NCBI GenBank assembly: GCA_009103225.1
Contig: RHPI01002090.1
Location: 1,039,932 to 1,103,931 of the forward strand
Reading direction: 5' to 3'
From: Chlorokybus atmophyticus
Lineage: Eukaryota > Plantae > Mesostigma and Chlorokybus algae
Length of the DNA: 64,000 nucleotides
Below, in pieces: positions 49,272 through 62,200 of the stretch; positions within the stretch are counted from its first letter, which is position 1; every line of letters begins with the position of its first letter. The notes under the pieces are model-generated. The model had not been told where the DNA came from. It worked only from the letters and a program-made list of their open reading frames with translations, and ran no database searches. The position numbers and the translations under genes are program-made.

Positions 49272-51059
49272 CATATCACATACAAACGTTGTAATTTATA
49301 TGTATTAATCAATCCATTCGCTACCCGATAGCGAACGGGTTGGTTGGTTAATGATATTCGAGCATCAATATCGGGCTTATATTGATGCTCGGGTATCTTC
49401 TACATGTCAAGTTATTGGACATGCATTATCTTGCTAATCACCTTGGTATTTGTACATGAAGAGCAGTGCTCACTCAATGACTTGTGCAGACATCTATGAG
49501 AACATTAGGTTGTTGCACCATCCATACATCACAAGCGTACACTATCGCAGACCAAGCAGCAGCACGGCAGTAGTCATGAGCTTCCAAAGCGATCTTCTCA
49601 TCAGCGAGAGGCCGAACAGTAAACGAGCAAAGCAGAGTCACTCCCACTTGCTTTCGTAAGACGGTATGAAAGAGTTTTTGTTTTCGCATATTGGACGAGG
49701 TGTTGTGAAAGTATCGCAGCAGAATCCCTGTGTATACTTATACCGGATTGTACTTGCATGATAGTGCTGCATGCGGGAACTTTACTAAGGCTTTTTGCCA
49801 TCTTACTACTTTGTAGCTCAATAGTTGAAAGATCACAGAGATCATGCATGTCGCTATAGCCAATGATCTGTAGTGTTTTAAGAGTATCATGTGTTCAAGA
49901 GCATTGTAATTCATATATCTAGCAATGCTGCAATTGCATTGCATGTCAATATATCTTCTTGCAATCCACAAACCACAAGATATAATCATTTTTACATGTA
50001 AGGTTAATTTGCGTAAATAGCATGATCATAGCTACTACAAGCATATCTTAAGCCTGCTTTAACAGCTCTTAAGCGCCCAAGCCATATGCAAAAAGTGTCC
50101 CCCCGAATCGTGCTACACGCCTCATGCAGCAACGGTTTGATACAGTAGGTCGCATGCAGGAACAATAGCAACAATAGGAAGGAGATGCAAGACCATGACA
50201 TACATACCAACACCCCAACAAGCCGCCAGAGCATGACCAAAGCAAGAGGGTGGCGGGGAAGGGGGCTGGCGTAAAGCATACATACCACAACGCACGTGCT
50301 TGCTATTCGTCTCCACCAAGCCTCAACTACCACGCTACCTGTTGCCGCACTTGTGCACTTCAGTTGGTTGGTTGGCGTTTGCTGCTGCTACTACTGTTTG
50401 CTTCACTAACGGCATTGCATTGCACATAGGTCATTTAGCATAATGTAGTGTGATGGCCCTGGGTGTATTGTAAGTGTGCTGCCTTGCTTGTTCACTTGAG
50501 TGTTACTGTTGTTCGTGATTGTGCACAGACTGCACGTGTGCAATATGACTCATACCATATACATGTGGGCAGTATGCACCGCTTACCGCACTCTTACCTG
50601 TAGCTTACTTTGACTTACATGTTTGCTAATAGTAGTAAGCCGCTTGTTAGCAAGCTTAAACACGTACTTGTAGGTCCCATCATACACCGTGCCTTGCTGT
50701 CGATACATGTTTATAAATAGGTGCATCACACCATCGGTGTTGCTGAGGGGCCTATCACGGATTATATTTGGTTGCATGCCCGAGCTTATTCGCCTGCTTG
50801 CATGCATTCTTTCTATTATTGGACCAATGTTTTTGCTACATACAATTATTTATCTACTGACTAACAATGTAATGCCGCATTATGATAAGCGTCGTAAGGT
50901 GACATTGATATGATTAAAGGACATATGATTCATGTTTCCCTCCTATGGTCGCAATTTGTGTGTTGGAGGATCAATGCAGCAGCATGCCAACTCTGCAATC
51001 TGCGTAGGTTGTTGATTATATTGGCATTCACAACATGTAACGTGCAATGCACCGTCACA

Positions 51060-51237
<178 letters not shown>

Positions 51238-51430
51238 TCTTGCCGCTCCACGTTGCGACATGCTATTATAATTACAAGCTGACATTGCCCCTTCGCATTA
51301 GCCCCTTGCATTTTCGAGAGGCATGTCATCATGCTGTATTATGCCCCTTTTCCCCATATAGAGAGCCGCTATAAGACTTAGATACAGGGCGACGACAGTA
51401 TTAGATAAAAAATTAAATTTGGTCACGGTA

Positions 51431-51633
51431 CCGTAGAGACACGTATATGACAACCAAAAACTAATGATTAATGTCCTTAGATTATAGTTTCAATATAATA
51501 TTACGTGCCTTGTTAATGCTGATATTAATGCATTCATTTAAAAAATCATTGCATTTCATTTCATGTAGCTAAGGGTTGAAATGGAAAAAACTTGTAAAAG
51601 TGAGTGTGGGTTGTCATATACGTGTCTTTACGA
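51431..51633. mobile_element. Tc1/mariner (pogo-like) MITE, ~203 bp
   Basis: 24-bp arms CGTAGAGACACGTATATGACAACC / GGTTGTCATATACGTGTCTTTACG (23/24 match), TA on both flanks, AT-rich interior. Confidence 0.65.
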
Positions 51634-52525
51634 TAATCGCGGTCACATCACGAGAGAGCAAATATTAATCAAATGTAATGCCCCTTTTTTAAAAGCCCCC
51701 TTGAGGGAGATCTTTTTAAAGTCAACCCAGTATTAATCAACGAGGCGCACTGTGGTAGAGGGGCACTCAACCACAGGCTGTGACACTTTGAAAATGAAGT
51801 TAACACATAAGTGGTAAAAAATGCGCACTGCTGCTGAGGGGCAAGCCGTTACAGGATTTAAATGGGTTGCTGCTAGATTAATGTGCTTGCTGTGCTTGCG
51901 TGTATAGTGTGAGTCGGTTATACTATTGTATGGTGTTGCCACTATCTTTACATGCTTCACACAATGCCTTATGTGCAAGCACACATGGCAACACACTTGC
52001 ACTCCCAAACGCACAGCCACCCACCCACGTAGAGATTTAACAAGTTAACAAGTTAATTTGCACCAAACACACACACATGGTGGTGTATGTGACTGTGTTT
52101 GCATGCTGGTTGGTATGCTATGCTATTGTGACGTCATGCATGTCGCCAATTGTCTCGCGCATATCCGGTACATACACACATGCATTGTTCACCAAGCTCA
52201 TCATCATTGCATGTTGCATGTATCATGATCACTTGCATATTCCGTACACACATACACACACACACACACGAACACATTGCAAATAACAGCTAGCCTGCTG
52301 GAGCAGTTCTCTCAAATTCTACTCTACTCTCAAAATATCTCCAGGCGGCGAGAGTGGGAGGCAGCCCTTGCACGTCACCCACGTTGTTGCCTGATGAATG
52401 GAACCTAATAGCGATGTTACTCTACCTCGGTCTGCAGGGAGGGGAGGCAGCCTTCGCCATTACCCACCAAAATCTAACGTCCCTAACACACGCGCACACA
52501 CACTACCTGTAGCAGAAACACTCTT

Positions 52526-55500
52526 CTAAAGGGCAACAAACTGCCCAATAAGGGACACATAGACACCCGGGTTCTGTCGAAGGAAGCGTATCAAGTCAGG
52601 TCGATCTATCGAGAACATCATGCCCTCAGTCACCACTGTGAACGAGGTTTCTGCCAGCCCTCCTTTGAGTAGTGCATCCACCTCGCAAACAAATGCCCCT
52701 TCCCCAACTTTGCAGGGTTCCTCATCTTCTGAGACCTGTTGTGGAACAGATATCATGAGATCAACCAACTACAACACTGGCCAACAACACGTTGGGTGTG
52801 ACCATTTTGCCACAGCAAAGGCAACTAGCAACCTGCAACTCTGCGACAGCAGAACAGAAGAGGTAGCCTGCAGATGCTGGGGAAGCTGCTGTCCACAAGG
52901 TTGTACCAGCGCGCCAGCAAGGCTGCAACACTTGTTCCAGCTCCAACTTCTGTTGTCTGCACATGGCGGCGAGTTAGTCGGAGTTCAAAACTGCCACAAA
53001 TGCAATATGTACCGGACAGCGAGTCAACAAACCTGTTCATCGCACCAAAGACAGAGTTCTTATCAATGGCGAAGCGTGATCCCAAGCGCCTCACGTGTGC
53101 TAAGTGCTGCACGCCATCCAAAGCCTGGGGACCAAAGGTTGCCAGCAAAGCCTCCTGTCACCGCTGACAGTCAGCTGCTGTTGCCCTCAACGGGTTTTCA
53201 AAATTGACAGAGCAGCCTCCAATGTTGCGGTTGCACACGAGAACTGGCAGCCATGGCAGGCTGCTGGTATCCAGGCAGAAGTGTGCAAGAATGCCGCGCT
53301 ACAAACGGACCAACACACCCTCACCTTGGTAAACTGGACCACAGTCACACGCGTTGCAGCATAAACAGATACGCAGCAAGGTTCGTCTTCAACCAAGGAG
53401 GTTTCACCAAACAGATCCCCTACCTGTTGCAATACATTTGAGACAACCGAAGGTTGTGGCATTAGCTACAAGAAAGGAGCCATGCACTCTAAGACAGGCA
53501 CACGCACCGCCAGGTAATGCTCATGGCCATGCCACAAGCCATCACAGCTGGGAAGGCACTTCAAGCTGCCTGACTGTGTGGCCGGATGCACAACTTGGCA
53601 CGCGCCTTCCACAACAATGAAGCAGAGGCTGCCTTCGCTACCATCCTGCACAATCTGAGCCCCTTTTGGATAGCTGATGCGCCTTGCTGCCTGCAGTATG
53701 CCGACTGCATCCCTGCAAGTGCCAAAGGCAGGTTGAGCGAACCACAATCGAATGCCAGCCTGTGCAACCAGCAGGCAAGCCTACCCGCAGGACTTCGATG
53801 AGTTACCGAGAACACAACTTTGCTGCACTAGCTGCAACATCTCCATAGCCTCTGCATTGTCTGGTGCAACACATGCATCCACTAGTATCGTTTCTCCCTC
53901 ATGCGCCACCTGCACGTGAGAGAAGAATGGTACCAGAGCACGCAACAGGTCTGGCCGTTATGGATGTGACAGCAGAGCAGCGGGGCAGGATGATATCGCC
54001 AAACACGCACAGCCATCGAATGAAGTGCATGCAATTGTACATGCCGCTCACCATCAAACCACTGTTAGGGGGCACTGTGTGATCAGCTACATGAACCAGC
54101 CATAACCGACATTTCACTTCATCTGGTAACTGAGAGTCACAAAGGGAAGTATCAACACGTGCAACATGGACAACTTGTTTCAGTAACCTTCACGTGTGAT
54201 GCAGCACCTGCTCAAGCACAGAGATGGGGGTGTGGATGGGGGGGACCCCAGCTTCATGAAGAATGAGTGAGTGCCTTGCAGATGGAAATGCTTTGAGCTC
54301 CTCTGCCCGCGCCCTCGACACTACTTGGTCACGGTACATCTGCAACGCATGCTTGTTAGAGTTGAACGTTTCAGACACCCACAGGTTTAGGCTGCCGTGC
54401 TGATACCTGCTCGACGAGTGCAGGATTCGTGTGTGTGTCTGCTGAATATGCAATACTGTGTCCGCCAAAGCTAACCTCAAAGCCGACACAAGGAATAACG
54501 TGCAAACTGGAAGAAACATATGGCATTAGTGAGCATACAGCTACCCCTGTACACAAATGACCTGGCAAGCACATAGGTCTGCGGACATTGACAGAGAGCT
54601 TACCTATAAAAGAATCGAAAAAACCCACCATGAATATTTACAGTTTCCCCCATGCGTACTCTCCTAAAATTACAAAGCGACCGTAGCACCTCCACGGACA
54701 ATTCGGACACGGCTGCATACTTGCGCAGGAAGGACTCAAAAATGGTTTTGGTAGTGTAGATGGTCACAGCCTGCGTCCAGCAAAAAGCATGTTAAATGCC
54801 GCATATGACAGTTGTTACACAAGAGCACCACACAGAGGGCGTCAAACCTGGCCTCCTAGAAACCTTTGAAACGTTCCAGCGTCATGGTCAGCATGGCAAT
54901 GGGTAAGAACGATACCACTGATGACTGACGCAGGAACACCCATGTCCTGCGCACACACACAGCAGTTGGTGCAAGTGTTGTCGTGCACACCAAGTATGAA
55001 AGGAAAATGAAACGAGTACTGCACAGTGGCCAAACCTGTAAGACGCCAAATGATTCCGGAGGAGGATCGACCATCAGGCCTCTCCGATTGACCCACATGA
55101 CAAACCCCGTCGTGTTGCCCTCTGGGTCAAACCCGTGTGATGAGCCCAGCATGGTGACTCCAAACAAAGCAGGAGAAAAAGTCAACGGCTTTGTTTTACA
55201 GCTGCACTTCAAGGCTGGTGGTTCTTCCATTGTTGCTGGCGCGGATGTTGTTGGAGAATCTGTAATGTAACCGTTCACTGGTGCGTGCCTAATGTCATGA
55301 TCAAACTCACGAGTGGTGCGCCTGACGCTATGCATGGTAACTCGTGACACTTGGTCCTGTGGCAAGTCCCAAAGCGACATTGGACGGTACACGCTCCGTG
55401 GTGAAGACATGAACTCTCGAGGAGCATGCTTGGTGACTCGTTTCATAGCTCTATCGCGCCGGAAGTCCGGGGTTGGCTCCCTACAATCGCAACACAATCA

Positions 55501-57411
55501 GAATTACTGACATGCATTGCTCGCGAGGACGAACACTTGGGCTTGTGTATAAACAGTACAGTGCCCAGTGTGTCTCACTGATTGCTTCTTATGGCAAGTG
55601 GGGAAACACGTGTTGTGAGAGTTGTCAATGGTTGCAGCTGTCATAGGTTGTAATCAAGCAGGGCACGCACCACTGTCCAGGGACTCGGGCGATGACAGTC
55701 CCTGCTGAAGAAATTACAAATTCCGCAATGCGTTCCCCACTGGACGCATGACTTAAATTTCGTATGCCATGCCTTCCAGCCATTGGAACCGCTTCAACCT
55801 CCAATGACTGGCCATCCTCCGCTTGGATGACAGCCTTGCCGTGCTCATCAAACAAAGTAAAGCACAAGAGCTTCTCTATGGACAGCCGCGGTCGATCCCT
55901 GCAGATGACAAAAACGCCAATTGCGGCCGTTCACAATATGCCAGTACAATAAACTGAACACACCCTACTTGGACCATAGGTAGGGGAACAGGCAAGTTAA
56001 TTGCTTGTTATACTCGTGCAGTGTAACTATAACCTGAAATATACCCAGCAAAGAAAGCCAGCATCTAGCTGCATTGCTGACCTGTCGAGGTACTGGGCCT
56101 CTTTGAGGACGTCGCACCAGCGTTGGTTGCGCATGTACTCCTCACAGTGGTCATCTGCTGGGTCCACATCCGAAGGTCCCTGAAGTGAAGATGCGGGTAA
56201 GCTACCACGCTGCAACTAAGGCAACCTCCACAGCCTCTCCCCCCCCCCCCCCCCCCCNTGCTCAGCACTTGATATGCACCCTAGTCGCAAGTACACTTTC
56301 CCAACCATGCACCTCAAGCTTGACAAGTACCAAGAGCTACGAGATTGCACATCAGAGATTGCAATCGCTCACCATCAACGTCTCTTGGAACACCATGCGC
56401 ATCCTGGTCTCATACTCCAACGTCGTGATCAGATTGACACGCTTCCCGAGAACAAAGTAGTTGTAGTAGGCCTGACCATGGAGCGATATGAGCAACACGA
56501 GTTTACTTCCAGCAAGGCGGCCATCAGCTGCCAACAACTTACAGGAAACTCAAACTCCGCCTTGCTAATGCCAAGGGACCTGGAAAACATGGCGTCTGCA
56601 CCATACACCACGTAATAAGTGGGGACAGTGTTTCCAGGTAGCTTCATCGTATCCTGCACAGCACTTGAAATTAACATTGTGCCCCCNAGGCGCATGTGGG
56701 AGGTGTTGCATGTGTGGCTGATGATTGAATAATAGAAGTGCAATGTGTGATCTCTCGTTACCGGTCAACAACACATACACCCATGGAGGCGATTTGTGCG
56801 ACTGTGTTGGCTCACGAGCAACCACTACAAGTTGCCACCAGAACTTAATGCTCGCTGCCCCCCCCTTTCCCCCGCGCAGGCTTTAACCGGTACATAGCCC
56901 TCTCTGACTGCACTGCATATCTATGCTGGCAGCATTGATCGGCTGCCACGGTATATTGCATGGCAAGCGAACAACTGAAACAAGTCAGCTGCAGACATTT
57001 TGGCCAAGCTAGCCAGTAGCGTGTTGCGCAATTTGCTGTGCCAAGCAAATGGACATGAGTTGCAACCGACCTGACAGCAAGCCAGCTTCACGTGCACCAA
57101 GTGAGCACGAACTAATCTACTGCAGTACCTCAGTAAAGCTAACGACCGCAACGCTAGCATGAACACACCTGTTCTGCAAAATAGAGCAGCCCTGCTTGAC
57201 ATAAAAAACTGCATTTTGCAAATAAAAAAAAAGATGGGGCAAAGAAACGCACCTTGATGGTCTCTGGCGGAATGCCAAATTGCAGGGATCCTATTGGAGT
57301 GTTGGGCACAACAAAGCCGCCCCTGGGCAGCCTGATGTAACCCTTCCCCTCCGCAGAAGAAGGGCACGGACTGGCGACGTCCATGGCTGGCGACTGGTGA
57401 CTGCCCACCAT
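52526..57411 (-). CDS. Metallo-beta-lactamase-fold protein with two cyclic-nucleotide-binding domains (Dictyostelium PdeD/PdeE-like), many introns
   Basis: LPRGG..GSLQFGIPPETIK; KAEFEFP|AYYNYF; FGVTMLGSSHGFDP.GNTTGF..W..VDPP; THCHADHDAG (HxHxDH); HVIPCVGF; YSADT; LILHEAGVPPIHTP; GDLFGETSL (cNMP); FLRQNPGVY*. Exon boundaries are only partly resolved. Confidence 0.85.
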
Positions 57412-60400
57412 GGCGTCTTACAGCAAGTACATATTAAGAGAGACCAAGCAGCCAGCCCCGCATTGCTACCACACACCCTCAGCAGCCCGCCCAGCAGGCG
57501 CCGCCACCCCCACCCCTCTCCACCTCGGTGCTGCTGGGCTTCCCCCTCAATCAATCGAGCACTGCTAACATTTAAATCAAGCCAGGCCAGTCCAACCGGT
57601 AGACAGTCTACTTCTGTACTGCGAGACAACGCTCCGGCGCCCCCCCTTGCCAGGCCTACCGCTGCGCTCCCTTGACCCGGCTGCCAGCGCGGGCAGCGAC
57701 GGCGTCATCAACACAACAACAACGACCAGGGCCTGCCACCTCGCTGCTCCGTGAGCGCGGGGCGATGTAATCAACACCAGCAGAGAGAGATGTTAAAAGA
57801 ACCTCTCTGCCCTAAATCAACCCTCAACACCAGGTAGAAGCAAACAAACCACCAAAAACGAAAGCTACAGCGCAGCCTGATTGCGGACTCGCTCAGGGAG
57901 CTTAGCGCAATCGGTCGCCTCCAGGCGTCAGCTTTTGATGGATATATCGGTGTGAGTGGCGTCTAGGTGAGGCTGCTTGCACACCGGCGCACAACCACCC
58001 CTCAAACACGCGCTCAACCACACAACCACACGCAGCGACACCCACCACGCCCGCCGTGTCGTGCACTTGCGCTGCCGTGCGCTCTCAAACTCCGTCTCAC
58101 GCAGAAAACGACAGACGGAAAAGGGTACTGCGCACGAGCTCCGCCCTCGCTTGCTGTGCTATTAGGGGCGGAAAAAGAGTGTCGCACGTACGGTCCGCTA
58201 GCGAGCGCGATCAGCTGCGCCTGCGACATCCGTCAGCACCCCGTAGCGTTGCATCAGGTTAAACTAACGTGAGCAAGGTTAGCTGGAACGCCGCAGAGCA
58301 CTGTAGCCGACGTTAGCCTCGGATTAGCCGCAAGACAAGGCTGACGTTAGCCCTATGGTTAGTCTAAGGTTTGCCCCAAAGCCCCAACATTTTGTTGTCG
58401 CAGGTGTCAACCGTGTCACAGTTAACCGCGCCGCGCCAATATCGGGTCTGCTGACCATCAGTGGGCGGCGGGCCAGGTCGAACGGTATCAGCGTACCGAC
58501 GACGTACCAACTAAAACAGTGCAAGCTTGAAAGTAACGACACATTGTAGCGTTGGGTGCGCCGACTCTATTCGGGCCGATAGGATCATTGCATTGACACT
58601 TGCGTGACAAGTTGTGTCACCCGTATCTGGTTATGGGTATGACAATCTCTCAAGTAACGACACGGTGTGCCGGTACACGCCTGTTCATTAGCACCGCATC
58701 ACGCTGTCGGCTTGAGCGTATAGTAACACATAAACGCGCACATATTCTCAGCATCGCTTTGCTGGGCCAGCAAAGTGTTACCAACATGACATGTTGCAGA
58801 TCAATTCATATGACATTGTGCCAACTACTGATACCGCTAATGGTAATCGTAATGGCACACTATCAACAGCAGTCAATTGCACCGCGTGGTTAGAGGTTTG
58901 CTCAACTGCCTTGAGCGGCACGGTGCGTTGACCGCGCGTTGGCTCCTCAACTGTAGATGTGTCAGCCCTTCATGACGTCCTGGACGCCGTCGATCCGGAT
59001 GGCAGATCCTTCAGGCCCCCGTGCCCTGTCGATGCTGGCTGAGGCCGTCAGCCTGGGTTCAAGTGCCGGCCTGGCGGGCTGCGAACCTTCACTGAAGCCG
59101 GCTTTCACTGACTAGGCGCGTTCTAAGGGGAGAAACGTAGGCAAATCGTTACACAAGCCTACATTTGTGGTTTATTGCCCATCATTGCTGCATACCTGGT
59201 GCATTGCATCTCGTCGTAGCCTCTGTCATCAGAGTAGGCCTAGATGGCGCAAACCTAGGCCTACCTACCTAGGCCCACATGACGCAAAGTTCTCGCCTTT
59301 CAAGCTCAGGGTTAGGGCCTACCTAAAGCTACGTCAGGCTACGATACGCGAAGAATCACGCATATGCAGTGTATCAGCGGCTGATACACTGCCAAAACGT
59401 TCTGTAGACTGTCACGCTTTGGCAGTGTATCAGCGGATTGCGTGACACGACAATAACAGCTCTCATTACAGGGTGTGCGATGGTTTTCTCTAAGCAATAA
59501 GAATGGGTTCTGTTTGTGGATTCCATGTACATAAAAAATCTAGACGCACAGGTATGCACGTAACAGAACGTAACAGAATGTGACCAACAGTGCTTCATTA
59601 CAACACAATTCATGTTATGCATGTAGCGGTCAATATGATTGTATGGAACATATTAATGATATCACATAATCAAGGTTCCACTTACGGCGACGACGATTTC
59701 TGCTACCATGGCCTGATGGTCAAAGAATTTTTATATTTAAAATAACCCGCTGTTATTGCTCGTGGTGCCCTCCAGTAAAGTCAACATATAAGATATATAA
59801 GACATTTATATACATATATTATTTATATGTACACTTATAAGTGTTGTCTTTATTCAGTTGTTCAAGTCCCATCGTATATTGTTAATTTAAACGTTGTGGG
59901 TCCGATTAATAGCACTCAATACCCTACAATTGTATAAAAATGCACACGCCCGTTATTCGAGAAGCTTTACGCATAGCACACCTGCAGTATCGCACATCAA
60001 ACTCACTGATGCTGTGTTTATAATCTGGTGCAACTAATAGTTTTTTGTTGCAAAATGCTCTTACTTGATCTTAGCTTCTCGAGGTTGTATGCAAGATCCC
60101 GGCGTGTCAAAGGGATAGTAATTGGTTACTTGTGCAATTTTAAAGTAAATGTCGTTGATGATTGCAATAAACTGGCTTTTTAGCGATCGGTGGTATCACG
60201 TTGTTTTGCATTATAAGGCTTTAGAGAGTAAACCAAAGACTATTTGTAGAAAGTGTTGTCGATCGGTAAAATTACCTACAACATAATCGAACATAATGAT
60301 TGAACTATTTGCGAGATCAATTTCAATGCTCATAATAAGTGTAGACTACACAAATTGGCGACGGGTAGCAATAATCCAAATAACTCTAATATGCAAAGTA

Positions 60401-61243
60401 TACAATTGTGTAGACTTGCAAATATATAGGCACAAAACTTAATGGTGGGCATGCTTGCAAGCAAACAGTCAGCGCACCAAGCATGGCATAGCACACGGTG
60501 GGAGTGGTTAATGACTAAGTTAACAACAACATCAACAAGAGCAACCGGCTGCCCCGGCCCTCAAGCATTGTAACATGCACTCAACACCAACACCAACATA
60601 AGCACACAAGCACAGCAGCAGCGAGGCAGTCGCAGATAGAAGCGATGATAGCTTGCATAGCGGCCCATCTGAAACACGGGCGCCACACTTTAGCAATTGC
60701 CAAACCTGGGCAGTGGCAACTGTGTATACATATACGTATGCTTTAACGTTAGTTGTATATATACAGCTATCGCCCGCTAAGCGCAATGCACTTGATGGGG
60801 TGGCTGCCACATGCACAGGAAATGTGCACAACTCTTGACTGTGCACAGTTTTGCACAATTGCTAACATCAACTGTTTTTGCGCGGTTGGCATTAGTAATT
60901 GCTGATTCTCGCACCTGCCAGCCAATGATCACCAAACAACTAGCACAATCATTGCAATAGACTGCTTATATCATATGTAGGCAGAAGTCGCATTATGTAA
61001 TAATACTTCGGGTTAGCTTTATTTTAATGTAATAAGCATCTTGCACCAACGGTAAGAATGTAGCGCATTCCATCAACCGCTACAGCGATGTTGGTACTTG
61101 ATCAAACAGAATGTCAAGCAACGGTTATTTTATACAAATCGTTGGTTTAACCCCATAAAAAGAGGGTGGAGGGCCCGAGAACACAATAACAAGTTTTGAG
61201 CTACCTTGTTGTAGTTCTGCAGCTAGCATTACAACCCAATGGT

Positions 61244-62200
61244 TTATGCATTGCATTTTGCAAAGGCCTGCTTAGCCTCAAACACGGCCTGCACCCGCAG
61301 CATCGCCATCAACATGCAAGCAAATGGCCCTTAACAAGCTGGTCTAAGTAATGCTAACTACCATGACAAACTAACCTTAAGAGGAACATTGCACTCTCGG
61401 GCAACTCCAGCACAATCTTCATACTCAGGATGCGCATTGACCTGCCAAACTTGGCGCATGTAAAACTAGTGAGTGCAGTCGATTGTAGATGTATGTGCTA
61501 ATTGAAAAAGCTTTGCTTACGTCGACACCATGTAGGCTTGCCATCTTGACCGGTATACTCCCCCACTTCGTTACAACTAGCACAAACTTGCGAGGCGAGC
61601 TCACGCGCTCACAAACTTAGCGACGCACATCTATTGCTGTGGTTTCCTGCGTATATGAGTGCACTAACGCATACATGTGCACCTGTCACCCAGACGAGTA
61701 ACTCAAAGCCCACCTTGAATAGCAGCGTTAGCAACTCGGTACATTTTCAGGACGGCAGAGCACACTTATGGTCAGCCCAGGTCGCCCCTTTGTCATCGTT
61801 ATCTGAAAATGCACCTTAGTAACTCTGCTTGCGGTTAGCTGAAATCAGTGTGTTGGCATGTCCGATAGAACAACCCAGCATTGGGTTATGCTGATGCCAA
61901 GGCACCCCTTATCCCCAACACATGACCGACAGCATGTATTGGCAAGCAACGTGACTACGAAATAAACAAACTTAAGTTACAACCACCGCTCGGTCTATGA
62001 GCACTTCCATGCTGCACTTACTGCGCTGCTCCACACGTGAAGGGCACCCAGTGTCAAGGCACGCTCTATCACATATGCAATGCACTGGGGCATCAAGTCG
62101 TCTAGGTTGGTTTCAAGCATAGTCAAAGTCTCGACCTTAGCAACCAGCAAGGGTTTTGTTGCCCGCCGAACGCACAACATCACAAGTAGTGCTAGATCAA
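61244..62200 (-). pseudogene. larC: LarC-like nickel insertase, C-terminal (LarC2-like) part, spliced
   Basis: Exons ..MLETNLDDLMPQCIAYVIERALTLGALHVW (ends 62022); 61802-61714 ITMTKGRPGLTISVLC..ELLTLLFK; 61646-61521 ETTAIDVRR*..TKWGSIPVK; 61441-61376 VNAHPEYEDCAGVARECNVPLK; 61288-61244. All have GT-AG ends. One 1-nt frameshift and one TAA. The 5' end is not resolved. Confidence 0.8.

Noticed and set aside
49332-49378. Hairpin resembling a Helitron 3' end
   Set aside because: No CTRR terminus follows at the expected distance on either strand, and no Rep/helicase sequence is present.
49450-51000. Short ORFs right of the copy B LTR
   Set aside because: No recognisable motifs and no convincing exon chain.
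59366-59438. 13-bp perfect hairpin plus a third arm copy (GCAGTGTATCAGC)
   Set aside because: It is isolated, with no element boundaries or TSD to give it meaning.
59640-60430. AT-rich island, possibly viral or TE-derived
   Set aside because: All frames are interrupted and I recognise no domain; a translated search would be needed.
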